A stretch of DNA of 64,000 nucleotides, taken from the NCBI GenBank assembly GCA_038142505.1, contig JAYQKD010000001.1, positions 139,418 through 203,417 of the forward strand, written 5' to 3'. Both the position numbers and the translations under genes were made by a program. Of this stretch, positions 21,436 through 33,550 are shown piece by piece (position 1 is the stretch's first letter; each line of letters begins with the position of its first letter). The notes under the pieces were generated by a model. The model did not search any database, had not been told where the DNA came from, and saw nothing but the letters and a program-made list of their open reading frames with translations. The stretch comes from Gammaproteobacteria bacterium. GTDB lineage: Bacteria; Pseudomonadota; Gammaproteobacteria; Magnimaribacterales; D2472.

Positions 21436-21574
21436 TACTGATAGACAAAAAGAATTATGCCTATGAGTATAAATATCGGAGCATTATGAATATTTTTTTT
21501 TAAAAGTAAATATTTTTTTGAACTTTTTTGTAAATAATTTACTCTATTAATCTGAATAAAATTTTTGGAGAAAT

Positions 21575-21952
21575 ATGAAGAAAATAACTGCTTTAATAAT
21601 TGCTTTTTCAATGTTCGGATCTTTATATGCTGATGATCATAAAAAAGAAAAAAGAGAACATCCAAATAAGCTTATGAGTGCAAAAGAATGTATGGAAACA
21701 AAAGATGGTATTGGATGGTTGCTTGAATCTGCTGATTCTATATTTAATGACATTGAGCAAAATGGGATGAAAAAAGATAAATCATGGAACGATAAAAAAT
21801 GGGCTGAAGCTATTGCACTATCTACTTTAGCTTCTAATTATTCAACTGTTTATGATGTATGGTGTAAAGATATGATTAATCATAGAATGAAGATGAGAAT
21901 GCATGGCTCTCATAAAGATTATATGAAGGAGAAGAAAAAGAAAAAGGATTAG
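21575..21952 (+). CDS. Secreted hypothetical protein
   Basis: GGAG RBS, signal peptide, two Cys, basic His/Met-rich tail. Confidence 0.7.
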   Translation: MKKITALIIAFSMFGSLYADDHKKEKREHPNKLMSAKECMETKDGIGWLLESADSIFNDIEQNGMKKDKSWNDKKWAEAIALSTLASNYSTVYDVWCKDMINHRMKMRMHGSHKDYMKEKKKKKD

Positions 21953-21955
21953 GCT

Positions 21956-22180
21956 CTAAAATTTTCCTCTTTGAAATCTCATTCTTATTGAAAAAACTCT
22001 TACAAGGGCAACTAAAGTAAGAATAGATTGAGTAAACAACGAAATCGTTAGCGGATTTGACCATTGCCAACTATCAATTGTTAACCACAATAAAAATGTT
22101 TGAAGTGGAAAATTAATTACGGCCCCCATCAATACTACGATGACAGCTTCTCTAAAAGCTACTTTTTCTGTCTTATTCAT
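21956..22180 (-). CDS. Small two-TM hypothetical protein
   Basis: 74 aa ORF with AAGG RBS, co-oriented with the ybjQ-like gene. Confidence 0.6.
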   Translation of the reverse strand: MNKTEKVAFREAVIVVLMGAVINFPLQTFLLWLTIDSWQWSNPLTISLFTQSILTLVALVRVFSIRMRFQRGKF

Positions 22181-22189
22181 TTTTTTTCC

Positions 22190-22547
22190 TTATTTTTTTA
22201 TTTTTACGCCTGTTCCGTATGCCAAAATTTCAGATGCTCCTTGAGTTATAGTCGAGGTTTGAAACCTAAAACAGACAACAGCATTTGCTCCCTTTTGCCT
22301 TGGCATCATCTAACATTCTTTGATATGCCTGATCTCTTGAGGTTTGAAGTAATTTAGAATATCCAACTAGCTCACCTCCAACTAAATTTTTTAAATTAGC
22401 AAAAATATCAGACCCTACATTTCTAGACCTAACAGTGCTGCCTTGAACTATGCCAACATAATCAACAATTTCAGCTCCATCTATATCATTAGTTGATACA
22501 ACTAAAAAATCTTTATGAAATATGTTCTTGTTTAAATCTTCTGTCAT
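22190..22547 (-). CDS. YbjQ/UPF0145 family protein (frameshifted)
   Basis: RSRNVGSDIFANLKNLVGGEL, C-terminal EILAYGTGVK. Confidence 0.88.
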
Positions 22548-22583
22548 GACTTTTTTCCTTAAATAGTTTAATTTATAAATATA

Positions 22584-22917
22584 ATGCAGAAATTAATTGA
22601 AGCAAAGTTTTCTATAGGAAATGTGGTTAAACATAAGTTTTTAAACTTCAGAGGTGTAATTTTTGATTTAGATCCAGAGTTTAATAATACTGAAGAATGG
22701 TATCAAGCAATACCAGAACAAATTAGACCAATAAAAGAACAGCCTTTTTATCATTTATTTGCTGAAAATAAAGAAATTTTTTATATAGCATATGTTTCAG
22801 AACAAAAACTTATTATTAGATAAATCTAAAAAGCCTTGCAATCATCCTGGTATTAAAGAGATATTTGAAAAATTTGATGGTGTGAACTATCACCCCCACA
22901 CTAAAGCAAAAAATTAA
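22584..22917 (+). CDS. hspQ: Heat shock protein HspQ (YccV-like), frameshifted
   Basis: KFSIGNVVKH, RGVIFDLDPEF, QPFYHL, AYVSEQ. Confidence 0.88.
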
Positions 22918-22918
22918 A

Positions 22919-24121
22919 TTAACCTTGGTTGTGAGCTATTTGAGCAGCAGTTACAAAAACTTCCATTGCGATTTCTAACTCTTTCTCACTAATAAATGTT
23001 GGAGCTATTCTAAGGGTATTATTTTTAGGATCTTTGCCATAGGGATGAGTGGCTCCTGCAGGAGTCAAAAGCACTCCAGCCTCTTTACACAACTCAACAA
23101 TTTTTGAAGCAATGGGTTTTTGTGATTTGAAAGTTATAAAATAGCCACCAGTTGGTTGAGAATACTCACCCACATCTTTATCAAGTTTTTCTAATGCTTT
23201 ATAGGCTATCTCAAATTTAGGCCTTATTAAATCAGCATGCTTTTTCATATGATCTTTAACAGCACTTAAATCTTTAAAAAATTTTGTATGTCTTTTTTGA
23301 TTTACTTTATCAGGACAGATAACCATCGAGCCTCTTATTCGCTTAATTAAATCTAAGTTATCACTTGCAGCTGCCATAAATGATAAACCACCACCGCCAA
23401 AAGTAACTTTAGAAAAAGATGTTACAACTACTGTTTGATTGGTTGTGCTATTTTGTTCTGCTAATTTCCAAACAGCTGTTTGATCTTTTGTGGGAAGGAA
23501 ATCATGAACTAAGTAGGCATGATCAAAGAGAAAAAGAAAATCTTCAGAATAATGTCTACCAATTTTAAAAAGTTCATTTATATTTTCATCGCTATAAACT
23601 TCACCAGATGGGTTTGAGTGCCGTGGCACACAAATTATTCCAAGCACATTTGAGTTGGTTTGAAGTGCATCTGATAGCACATCAAGATCAACACCATCCT
23701 CTACCAAGGGCACTGTTATCATTTCTATTCCAAAATCTTCTAACATTCTAAAATGTCTATCAAATCCAGGGACAGGGCAGATAAATTTTGGAGCTTCAAT
23801 GTCCTTCCATGGCACCGGTTTAGCAAATAGATATTTTGAAAGAATCATCTGATAAGTAAGCATTAAGCTAGATTGCTCGCCTGTAATAACATTATCAACA
23901 GGGGCCGATAGAAGATCTGAGCCAAGAATTCTAGCATCTTGGATACCAAAAGGCTCTCCATAATTTCTTAAGTCTACATCGCCATCAAAAGGCTCAACAT
24001 TCATGCTTAACAACTCATTAGCCAAATCAAGCTGATATGCGTCAGGTTTTCCTCTGGTGATATCAATTGAAAGACCTTGGGCCTTGATTTGTTCAAAATA
24101 AGTTAAAATGTTCTCTGACAT
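22919..24121 (-). CDS. PLP-dependent class I/II aminotransferase (aspartate aminotransferase-like)
   Basis: DITRGKP, CPVPGFDRHF, HSNPSG, SFSKVTF, LRIAPT. Confidence 0.85.
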   Translation of the reverse strand: MSENILTYFEQIKAQGLSIDITRGKPDAYQLDLANELLSMNVEPFDGDVDLRNYGEPFGIQDARILGSDLLSAPVDNVITGEQSSLMLTYQMILSKYLFAKPVPWKDIEAPKFICPVPGFDRHFRMLEDFGIEMITVPLVEDGVDLDVLSDALQTNSNVLGIICVPRHSNPSGEVYSDENINELFKIGRHYSEDFLFLFDHAYLVHDFLPTKDQTAVWKLAEQNSTTNQTVVVTSFSKVTFGGGGLSFMAAASDNLDLIKRIRGSMVICPDKVNQKRHTKFFKDLSAVKDHMKKHADLIRPKFEIAYKALEKLDKDVGEYSQPTGGYFITFKSQKPIASKIVELCKEAGVLLTPAGATHPYGKDPKNNTLRIAPTFISEKELEIAMEVFVTAAQIAHNQG

Positions 24122-24194
24122 AGGGCTTATTTTATAGGATTAAATCGTTAGTGGTATATATTATAAGAAGATTTAAAACTTTCTTGGACTAAAA

Positions 24195-25091
24195 ATGAAT
24201 TTGTGGGTGATTACAATCATATTAATAATAATAATTTCATTATTAATCACTATTATTTACTTACAGATTCAAAATAGCGTAAATAAAGACAAGGGTCAGG
24301 AGTCAATTAAAGAACTAGATAGGGCTTTAGTAAAACAAGAAGATACCTTATTAGATTTAACAAAAGACATACAATCATTTCATGATCCTTTAAATAAATT
24401 AAGAAGGTATTTATCTGGGGGAACGCTTGCAGGAAAATTTGGTGAATGGTCACTTGAATCAATAATGCAAGATATCTTTAATCCAAATCAATATGTAAAG
24501 AATGCAGAAGTAATCAAAGGTTCTGGGAAGAGAGTTGAATTTGTTTTAAAAATGCCTGAGGGGCTTTTGCTCCCTATTGATGCCAAATTTCCATCAGGAC
24601 TTTACGACACTTATCTTGATGCAATTGATCAAACAGATGAAAGACTAATTAAAAAATCTATAGATGATATAAAAAGACATGTGGTAAAGGACGCATCTGA
24701 TATTCAAGAAAAATATGTTCAATCAGGTGTAACTGTGGATCTTGGGATTATGTATATACCAAGTGAGTCTTTGATGCAGTTAATTGATTCTATTGAAAAT
24801 CTTAGAGAGTCTATTTTTAGAGATTCAAGAGTTCTAATAATGGGGCCAAACTCTCTAGCGGCATATTTAATTAGTGTTCATATGGGTTTTAGAACTCTTG
24901 CTCTCAATAACAGGGCTGGAGAAATCATGGAAGAATTTGGCAAGTTAAAAAAAGAATTTGAAAAATTTGGAAGTTCAACTGAAGAATTATTAAAAAAAGC
25001 AGATGCGATGCTCAAAGCAGTAAATGAACATGCTACGCGAGAGAGACAAATGAATAAAGCTATTAAAAATATGGATCAGTTAGACAATTAA
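24195..25091 (+). CDS. rmuC: DNA recombination protein RmuC
   Basis: N-terminal TM, GKFGEWSLE, LPIDAKFP, MYIPSE. Confidence 0.9.
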   Translation: MNLWVITIILIIIISLLITIIYLQIQNSVNKDKGQESIKELDRALVKQEDTLLDLTKDIQSFHDPLNKLRRYLSGGTLAGKFGEWSLESIMQDIFNPNQYVKNAEVIKGSGKRVEFVLKMPEGLLLPIDAKFPSGLYDTYLDAIDQTDERLIKKSIDDIKRHVVKDASDIQEKYVQSGVTVDLGIMYIPSESLMQLIDSIENLRESIFRDSRVLIMGPNSLAAYLISVHMGFRTLALNNRAGEIMEEFGKLKKEFEKFGSSTEELLKKADAMLKAVNEHATRERQMNKAIKNMDQLDN

Positions 25092-25926
25092 AAATAAAAT
25101 CGTCTCCACATATTTAAGCCAAAAAACAAAGCACAAATCCATAAAATAACTTCAGGAATATTTGGATTGCTGTTATATCCAAAAAATCCTTTCAAGAAAA
25201 CACCAATAGATCCTTTATCATGAAAGGATGATAAATCTTCTGTCCTTCTCATTTGTTTGAGGTTGCAAAATATCCCAAGGTCTATAAATTTCTGTTTTTT
25301 CAATCTGTTCTGATTTTACTAAATACTCTTCAACCTCATGGGTTCCATAGGCAACCATCCCAGCCGATAGGAAAACTAATAATAAAGTTGTGTATTTAAA
25401 AACATATCTTAAATTTATTTTCCTACCCTGAAGAACAATTAAATACCCTATTAAAATTGCAAGAACTGCTCCTGTTATAAATCCTAAATATGAAAAAGAT
25501 CCAGTAATAGAAAAACTTGAAATTAAAAATACTGCTGTTTCAAAACCTTCTCTTAGAATTGCAAAAAAAACCACTAAAAATACACCCCATGAGGAAAGCT
25601 TAATTGCATTTAAAGTTTTACCTTCAAGCTCTTTTCTATCACTAACATGTTTTGATAACCAAAATATTACATACCAAATCAAGATAGCTGTTAAATAAAG
25701 GAAAATGCCCTCAAACAAAGCTGCTGTAGAGTCATTTCCAAGAGATTCCTTTGGCAGCTAGAACAAAATAACCAACTAAAATACTTGCAATAATTGCTGC
25801 TAAAACACCTAACCACAGTTTATATAAATGGCTTAATTGATTTGATTTCTCTAAAATCAAATAAATAATTCCAACAACAAGAGATGCTTCTAAAACTTCT
25901 CTAAATACAATAATAAATTCGCTCAT
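25088..25926 (-). CDS. FTR1/EfeU family iron permease (two frameshifts)
   Basis: Two RExxE motifs (FREVLEA, LREGFET); upstream Fur-like box. Confidence 0.88.
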
Positions 25927-25949
25927 GTCATATGTCCTTAAGGAGTTTT

Positions 25950-25974
25950 CTAAATGAGAATGATTCTTATTTAG
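25950..25974. promoter_or_regulatory. Fur box
   Basis: CTAAATGAGAAT-G-ATTCTTATTTAG near-perfect palindrome with a 7-1-7 TGATAAT-like core, about 25 nt upstream of the FTR1 start. Confidence 0.8.
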
Positions 25975-26061
25975 ATTGTAACTAAATTTTCAACTAAATA
26001 AAAAGCAGAGTTTTTAATATTATTTTGTCGCTTTTATTTAGTTTTGTTGAGACAATGTATT

Positions 26062-27297
26062 ATGAAAAAAATTGCTGTAATTGGTGCCGGTATCGCTGGT
26101 ACTACTACGGCCTACGCTCTTTTAAAAAAAGGTCATAGCGTAACTATTATTGATTCTCGAAGATATCCTGCAATGGCAACAAGTTATGCTAATGGAGGAC
26201 AGTTAAGTGCAAGTAACGCAGAAACATGGAATACAACTAAAAATGTTGTGAGTGGAATTAAATGGATGTTTACTCCGGATGCTCCACTATTATTTAACCC
26301 ATCACCTGAAATTCAAAAATATAAGTGGATGTTGGGATTTCTTTGGGCAACTTTAAAAGGTGAGCATAAAAAAAATACTCTTGAAACAATTGATATTGCA
26401 AAAAAAGCTAGAGAAATATATTTCAAAATAGCTGATGAAGAAGGAATAGAGTTTGAGTTACTAAAAAAAGGTATTTTAAGATTTTATGATAATGAAAAAG
26501 AATTTAAATTAGATAAAGAAAAGGTTTCATGGCTCGATCAAGAGGGAATGGAGTGGGATATATTAACCACTGATGAAGTTAAAGAAATAGAACCAGCTTT
26601 TGAAAATAATAAAAATTATGAAAAAATTCTTGGCGGAATATATACCAAATCTGATGCAAGTGGTGATATTCATAAGTTTTGTACAAATCTAGAAAAAGTT
26701 CTTGTAGAAAAGTACTCAGCAAATCTTCAACTTAAAACAACTGTTGAATATATAACCAGACAAAAAGATAAGCTGGTGCTAACAATGAGACACGAAAATG
26801 AAATAATCAATGGTGACTTTGATAATGTCGTCATTTGTGCTGGGGTAAATACACAAAACTTTGCAAATATGCTTGGTGATAAAATGAATATATATCCAGT
26901 TAAAGGTTATAGCGTCACAATTGATCTTAAAGACGAAATATCTAAACAATGTGCTCCAACAGTATCATTAATTGATCAGCCAGTAAAAATTGTTGCTAGT
27001 AGACTGGGTGATAGATTTAGGGTTGCTGGCACAGCAGAACTTGCTGGAGTAAATACTGATATCAGACAAGACAGAATTAAGCCTCTACTAAAATGGGTTG
27101 AAAAATATTTTCCAAATGTCAGTACTGAAACTTATACACCATGGGCGGGACTAAGACCCATGACTCCAAACATGATGCCAATTACAAGAGAAAGTAAAAT
27201 GAAAGGAGTTTATTATCATGCAGGCCACGGTCATCTTGGCTGGACGTTAAGTGCACAAACAGCACAAATTGTTGCAGATAAAATAGATTCCAATTAA
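26062..27297 (+). CDS. dadA: D-amino acid dehydrogenase family FAD oxidoreductase
   Basis: GAGIAG, TSYANGGQLS, YPVKGYS, WAGLRP, GHGHLGWT. Confidence 0.85.
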   Translation: MKKIAVIGAGIAGTTTAYALLKKGHSVTIIDSRRYPAMATSYANGGQLSASNAETWNTTKNVVSGIKWMFTPDAPLLFNPSPEIQKYKWMLGFLWATLKGEHKKNTLETIDIAKKAREIYFKIADEEGIEFELLKKGILRFYDNEKEFKLDKEKVSWLDQEGMEWDILTTDEVKEIEPAFENNKNYEKILGGIYTKSDASGDIHKFCTNLEKVLVEKYSANLQLKTTVEYITRQKDKLVLTMRHENEIINGDFDNVVICAGVNTQNFANMLGDKMNIYPVKGYSVTIDLKDEISKQCAPTVSLIDQPVKIVASRLGDRFRVAGTAELAGVNTDIRQDRIKPLLKWVEKYFPNVSTETYTPWAGLRPMTPNMMPITRESKMKGVYYHAGHGHLGWTLSAQTAQIVADKIDSN

Positions 27298-27954
27298 GGC
27301 AAATCAATAATTTCCCAAGACCTTTTCTTGCACTCCTCCCTCAATTTATTATCAGGATTTACAGCTATTGGTTTATTAGCAGCTAAAAGTAATGGGAAAT
27401 CATTCATTGAATCAGAATAAAATGTAACATTTTTAAAATCATCAAAATTATTATTGAGCATCCATTCTTTAACTTTTTGAAGTTTGCCCTCCCCTAAAGC
27501 TGGTATACCTTTAACCTTTCCAGAATAAACCCATCAATTACCTCAACCTCTGTTGCAACAATATTTTCAAAGCCTAACCTCTTGGCTATAGGATTGACTA
27601 TTACAGAATTTGTAGCAGAGGCGAGCAACATAACATCGTTATTATGGTGGTGATTATGCAATAACCTTAATGCATATATATTAATCATTGGCTCTATAAC
27701 TGAAGACAAAATTTAGTCATGAGATTTTCAACATAATCTGGTGTTTTTCCTTTTATTGTTGAAAGAGCAAACTCAGCCCACTCATCATAGTCTAAATTCC
27801 CCTCATAATATTTATCATAAAAATATTGATTTTTTTTCTCATATTCATCTTTATCAACATAATCAATTTCAATCAAAAAATTGATCCATGAATAATCAGA
27901 ATCTCCATTAAGAATGGTATTATCTAAATCAAATATTGCTAAATTTCTTTTCAT
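27294..27954 (-). CDS. HAD-IB family phosphatase (SerB-like / histidinol-phosphatase-like), frameshifted
   Basis: FDLDNT, ASATN, YSDSMNDFPLL. Confidence 0.85.
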
Positions 27955-27972
27955 AAAATAATAGTTAATATA

Positions 27973-28461
27973 ATGATAAATGAACCTGGATATAGATTAA
28001 ACGTTGGTCTTATTGTTATCAATGATAAAGGCAAATTGTTGCTATGCAAAAGAAAAAAAATTGATAGTTGGCAATTTCCACAAGGAGGTATAGATTTTGG
28101 TGAAAGTCCTTTAAAAGCTGCAAAAAGAGAATTATATGAAGAAGTTGGAATTAAAAAGAATGATGTAAAGTTAATATCTTCAACAAATGAATGGTTTAAA
28201 TATGATGTTCCTCATGAAAAAAGAAAAAATCATTTTTTAAAAAAAAGATTTAAAGGCCAAAAGCAAAAATGGTTTTTATTTAGAATAATGAACGATGTAA
28301 AAATTCATTTTGAAAATGATCCAGATAATGAATTTATTGATTTCAAATGGGTTCCTTATTGGTATCCTTTGTATGCTATTGTTGAATTTAAAAAAGAGGT
28401 ATATCGCTCAGCTCTTAATGCATTGAGAAATAATTTTTGTAAAGAAATAAATAATGATTGA
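27973..28461 (+). CDS. rppH: RNA pyrophosphohydrolase
   Basis: YRLNVG, WQFPQGG Nudix box RELYEEVG, GQKQKWF. Confidence 0.93.
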   Translation: MINEPGYRLNVGLIVINDKGKLLLCKRKKIDSWQFPQGGIDFGESPLKAAKRELYEEVGIKKNDVKLISSTNEWFKYDVPHEKRKNHFLKKRFKGQKQKWFLFRIMNDVKIHFENDPDNEFIDFKWVPYWYPLYAIVEFKKEVYRSALNALRNNFCKEINND

Positions 28462-29245
28462 AGCGCTAATATTGTTTGCAACTTTAGGTATTTTTGCTGG
28501 ACTTATTGCTGGAATGTTTGGTGTTGGTGGTGGAATTATTACAGTGCCTGTTTTGGTTGCCTGCTTTATTCAATATGGTTTTGAAGATGCAATAATGATT
28601 CACATGGCTGTTGGTACTTCACTTGGCTGTATTGTATTTACTGGAATTTCTTCAGCATATGCTCACAATAAAAAAAATGCTATAAATTATAATTTTTTTA
28701 AACCAATAGCTTTAGGAATAGTAATTGGAGCATTTCTTGGAGCTTTATTTGCAGTCCAGCTTAATGGAAATATTCTTAAAATTATTATAGGTATCTTTGC
28801 TCTTTTTGTTGCAATTCAAATGGGTATCAATAAGGAGATAGAGTTCAAAGAAAGAACTAAAAAAAATAAAGAGCCCTACTTTGTTGGAACTGGGATTGGA
28901 TTCTCTCATCTATTCTAGGTATTGGTGGAGGAATTTTTTCTGTGCCCTACTTAAAAGCTTCTGGATTAACTATGACATCAAGTATTGGAACTTCTGCTGC
29001 ATGTGGAATTCCAATAGCCATCTTTGGTGCATTGGGCTATATAATTTCAGGCATTAATAATTCACTTTTGCCGCCTTTTAACATTGGGCTACATATATTT
29101 ACCAGCTCTAATTGGTATAAGTTTAACAAGTATAATTGCTGCAAAATATGGGGCTCATATTGCTCATCACGTATCTGAAAAAATATTGAAGAGAATGATG
29201 GCAAGCATGATGTTGCTAATATCTTTTTATATGGTTTTTTCATGA
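28454..29245 (+). CDS. TauE/SafE family membrane protein (frameshifted)
   Basis: GMFGVGGGIITVP, AVGTSL, GIGGG, IGTSAACG. Confidence 0.85.
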
Positions 29246-30039
29246 TTATAGAATTATCAGAATTTTTTAATAATCCTTCGTTGATCGAAATTGGTCCATT
29301 AAAAATACAATACTATGCTGTGACATGGTTACTATCTGCCGTCTTTATATATCTTTTTTTAAAATCGAATCAAATAATGATTGAGCTTGGATTAAATCAT
29401 GAAAAAGTTAATGATTTGGTTTTTCTTTATGGTTTATTTATTGGTGCTATGTGTGGAGGAAGAGTTGGTTATATGCTTTTCTATGGAACAGAGCAACTAA
29501 TTAATAATCCAATATCATTATTTTATATTTGGCAAGGAGGTTTGAGTTTTCATGGAGGTTTAGCTGGAGTGGTTGTAAGTTTCTTAGTATTTGCTAAAAA
29601 AAATAATCTAAGTTTTTTAAGGCTTATGGATGGAGCAGCTCTATCGATGCCTATAGGTCTTGGTCTTGTAAGAATTGGTAATTTTCTTAATGGTGAATTA
29701 TATGGAAAAGAAACAAATGGTGATTGGGGTTTTGTTTTTCCTGCAGATCCTTTTGGACTCTTAAGACATCCGTCACAGTTATATGAAAGTTTTGGAGAAG
29801 GTCTTGTATTGTTTTTTTTATTGTACTGGATAAATAAGGTTACTAAAATTCATGGAGTTGTTTGCTCAAGCTTTTTAATTTTTTATGGATTAATAAGATT
29901 TTCTATTGAATTCTTCAGGCAACCAGATTCTCATATCGGATATATCTTTTTAGACTCATTAAGTATGGGGCAGATTCTTTGTGTTCCTATGATAGTAATT
30001 GGATTTATAATGTTATTTTATTCAAGGAAAAATGCATGA
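29242..30039 (+). CDS. lgt: Prolipoprotein diacylglyceryl transferase
   Basis: [36 protein letters not shown]. Confidence 0.95.
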   Translation: MIIELSEFFNNPSLIEIGPLKIQYYAVTWLLSAVFIYLFLKSNQIMIELGLNHEKVNDLVFLYGLFIGAMCGGRVGYMLFYGTEQLINNPISLFYIWQGGLSFHGGLAGVVVSFLVFAKKNNLSFLRLMDGAALSMPIGLGLVRIGNFLNGELYGKETNGDWGFVFPADPFGLLRHPSQLYESFGEGLVLFFLLYWINKVTKIHGVVCSSFLIFYGLIRFSIEFFRQPDSHIGYIFLDSLSMGQILCVPMIVIGFIMLFYSRKNA

Positions 30040-30902
30040 AAGCTTATTTAGATCTGCTGCAATATATTTTAGATAATGGTGAAAAAAAAAGAGATGATAG
30101 AACCAAAACAGGAACTATTTCATCTTTTGGTCATCAACTATCATTTGATCTTGAAAAAGGTTTTCCTGCAGTAACAACAAAATCTCTTGCATGGAAAGGA
30201 GTGGTATCAGAGCTGATATGGTTTTTAGAAGGATCGAGCGACGAAAGAAGGCTAGCTAAAATAAGATTTGGCAAAAATAGAGAAGAGCTTACTGATTTAA
30301 AAAATATTCAACTATTTGGACAGATAATGCTGATAATCAAGGTAAAGATTTAGGATATGAAAATAATGAATTAAGAAAAGGAGCTTGGGCCAGTATATGG
30401 TGTCCAATGGAGAGATTGGGACGGCATTGATCAGATTAAAGATTTAATGAATAACCTCAAGAATAATCCTGATAGCAGAAGACATATTTTATCAGCATGG
30501 AATGTTGGGAAAATTGATAAGATGGCGTTGCCCCCATGTCATGTAATGTCGCAATTTTATATCAGCAATGGAACCATAAGCTGTCACATGTATCAAAGAA
30601 GTGCAGACATGTTTCTTGGTGTTCCATTTAATATCGCAAGTTACTCGCTTTTATTAAGTATATTTGGAGAAATATTAAATCTTAGGCCCAAAAAATTTGT
30701 TCATTCATTTGGAGATGCACACATATATTTAAACTCTGTAGATCAAGTCAAAGAACAAATATCAAGGAAACCATTTGATGCACCCAAATTAATTATGCCA
30801 ACACTTAATTCGCTCGAAGATTTATCATCCTGTTCTATAGATGACTTTAAACTCGAGGGTTATGAGCATCATCCTGCTATAAAAGCAAAAATGGCTGTAT
30901 AA
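30036..30902 (+). CDS. thyA: Thymidylate synthase (frameshifted), T4-like sequence type
   Basis: [43 protein letters not shown]. Confidence 0.95.
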
Positions 30903-30904
30903 AA

Positions 30905-31410
30905 ATGAAAATTATTTCGCATCTCGTTGCCGTATCAAATGACCTTGTAATTGGAGTGGACAATGATTTGCCATGGAATTTAAAAGATGACCTTGCCCAT
31001 TTTAAAAAATATACACTCAATAAAATAATTATCATGGGAAGGAAGACATTTGAATCAATTGGAAGACCCCTTCCCAATAGAATAAATTATGTAATATCTA
31101 GAACATTAAAGAAATAGATGGTGCTCATGTATTTGATAATTTAGAAGATGCCATGTTGGCTGCAGAAAAACATAATCATGAGATGGGTGTAGTTAATGAG
31201 ATAGTAATTATTGGTGGTGGTTATTTGTTTAAAGAAACCTTACCTGTTATGAATAAACTAGTTATTACAAAAGTAGACTGCAATGTTTTAGGAGATATTT
31301 ACTATCCAAAGGTTGAAATGGAAAACTGGAAACTAGTAAATTCTGATTCATATACAAAAAACTCAGACAACGACTATGATTTTACGATAGAAGAATACGA
31401 GAAGTTATGA
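30905..31410 (+). CDS. folA: Dihydrofolate reductase (one frameshift)
   Basis: [34 protein letters not shown]. Confidence 0.93.
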
Positions 31411-32850
31411 TTGGCTTTGAATATAGTCTCTTCTTAGAGCTAAATTCTTAACTCTAATTTCTTCATTTTCTGTATATTTAATCCAGTTATTGGCTGTAGT
31501 TTTAACTTTCTTGTCTTTATCTCTAGCAGCAATTCTAAATTCTTTTTTTGCATCTTCAAATTTTTGCAGTTCAAAATAAGCTTGACCAAGCGTTAGATGA
31601 ACTTGAGAAATCTTATCTATTTTTCCTTTCTTTAAACCTTTTTTAATAGAATCAACTGCCTTATCAAGTTTATCTTCAGCAAGATATAAATTTCCTAAAA
31701 GCACATACGATTTACCATCTTTAGATAATTTAGCAGCTTGTTCTAAAACAGGTATCGCTTTATCTATCTCTTGAGCCATTCTCCAAGAATCAGCAAGGAG
31801 CTTAAGATTCTTTTCATTATCTCTTACCACAGGTCCGGTCTTTTCAACCTTTACTTCTTCTCCAGTTGTTTTATCTTTAACTGTTTCTGTATACGTAGTA
31901 ATTTTATTCTGACCTGAAACCAAAACTTGTGCTGCCCAATAAGGATTCTGATTAAGCAGTAACAATTGAGCTAGAGCTAAGTATTCTGACTCTTTATCTA
32001 AAAAATCTTTTGCATGAGCAGCTTTTAATGTAATCATATAGTCTTTTTCTCTACCAAGTTGACCATAAGTTCCACCAAGCTGAACAAAATATAACTTTTT
32101 GGGATATAAATTGACCAAGATTTCATATATATCTAGTTGTTGAAGTAAAGCCTTTCTCTCACCTATTTCTTTTTTTAGCTCACTAATACATGCAGCAAGA
32201 AGAACATACCAATTTTCTTTTGGTTTGTACCCCTCTTCTTCTGACATTGAAATTGCATTCTTCATTGAGGACATTGCTTTCCTAAAATTGCCTTGTTGAA
32301 AATATGCTTGTCCTAAAAGAGACCAAGATTGAGCAGTTACAGTTTCAACTTGATCCATCCATTGAAGAATTAACTCAATTCCTTTTGCATAATTTTCTTG
32401 AACTAAATTTAATTGAGCTAATGTAAAAAGCGCTGCATTTCTAATTGGCAAAGTTACTTCTGGTTCATTAATAACATTTTCATATGCCTGCATTGCTTGT
32501 TTATATTTTCCATCAGAAAAATAAACATAGCCCCAAGAATTCCACATTACAGATCTGTCATAACTTTTAAGATTTTCTTGATCATTTCTGAGCTCTGTTA
32601 AGAATTTCTATAACTGTTTCCATGTCTGGAGCAGGCTCACCTTTTTCATCTACAACTTCAAGAGCTTCATAAACTTTAGCCATTTTTTTTGCAGTTTTGC
32701 TTTGTAATGCTCTTGCTTTTTTATATTTTGTTTGAGTTTTTGGTTTGTCGCTTGATTGAGCTTCTATTTGTGTTGATGGATATGAAAATGCAAATGCTAG
32801 CAAAGCAAATGCATATATTACTTTATGATTTATTTAAAAAAATTATTCAT
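31405..32850 (-). CDS. TPR protein of the TonB2/TtpC operon (frameshifted)
   Basis: Signal peptide plus multiple TPR-like repeats; last gene of the tonB operon. Confidence 0.82.
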
Positions 32851-33544
32851 CATCTGCCATTATAAATGTAAATCTATGAAAAACACCCTCAACAGGAGTT
32901 GCCTTTCCATCAACAATTTTAGGTTTATATTTTAATTTTAAGAGCAGCTCTTGCAGATGCGCTATTAAATAAAGTACATGGTCTCATTTCTTCTTGAGGT
33001 CCTTGAGGATCTCCACAATAACCTTCAAAGGCTTTTGCATTTTCAACAGTACCTGATTCAGTAATTGTAAATGAAACTATTGCAAAGCCTTCTGTACCTC
33101 TTTCTTGAGCTCTTCTAGGATAAATTGGTTGAACTTTAAATAAGTGGAATATATTCACCATCTCTAAAGAAAGATCCACCAGCCTTAAAATTTGCTTTTG
33201 GTTTAGCAATTGAAACATCTATACCTGTTAAAGGCTGAAGATCTAACTCAGGTTGAGCAATATCTTCTGGTTGTTCTTCTGGTTTCTCAGGCTTTTCAAC
33301 CTCTGTAATAAAAGTATCAATTTGTCTTTCAGGCATTACAACATCAGCTAACTTAACAGATGTATCCTCTTTCATGCCACTATCTCCAAGTGAAATTAAT
33401 ATAACCATTACAAAAAATAATGCTGTTGTTATAAGAACTGATAAACCAATACCAGCTACATATTTATTTGCATCAAATGCTTTATTGTATAAAGCTTGAA
33501 TAGGCTTTAATGCAGATTTTATAGCTGTTGTAAACTTGATCCAT
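32843..33544 (-). CDS. tonB: Energy transducer TonB (frameshifted)
   Basis: TM anchor, E/P-rich linker, QPIYPRRAQERGTEG C-domain. Confidence 0.88.
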
Positions 33545-33550
33545 ATTAAA

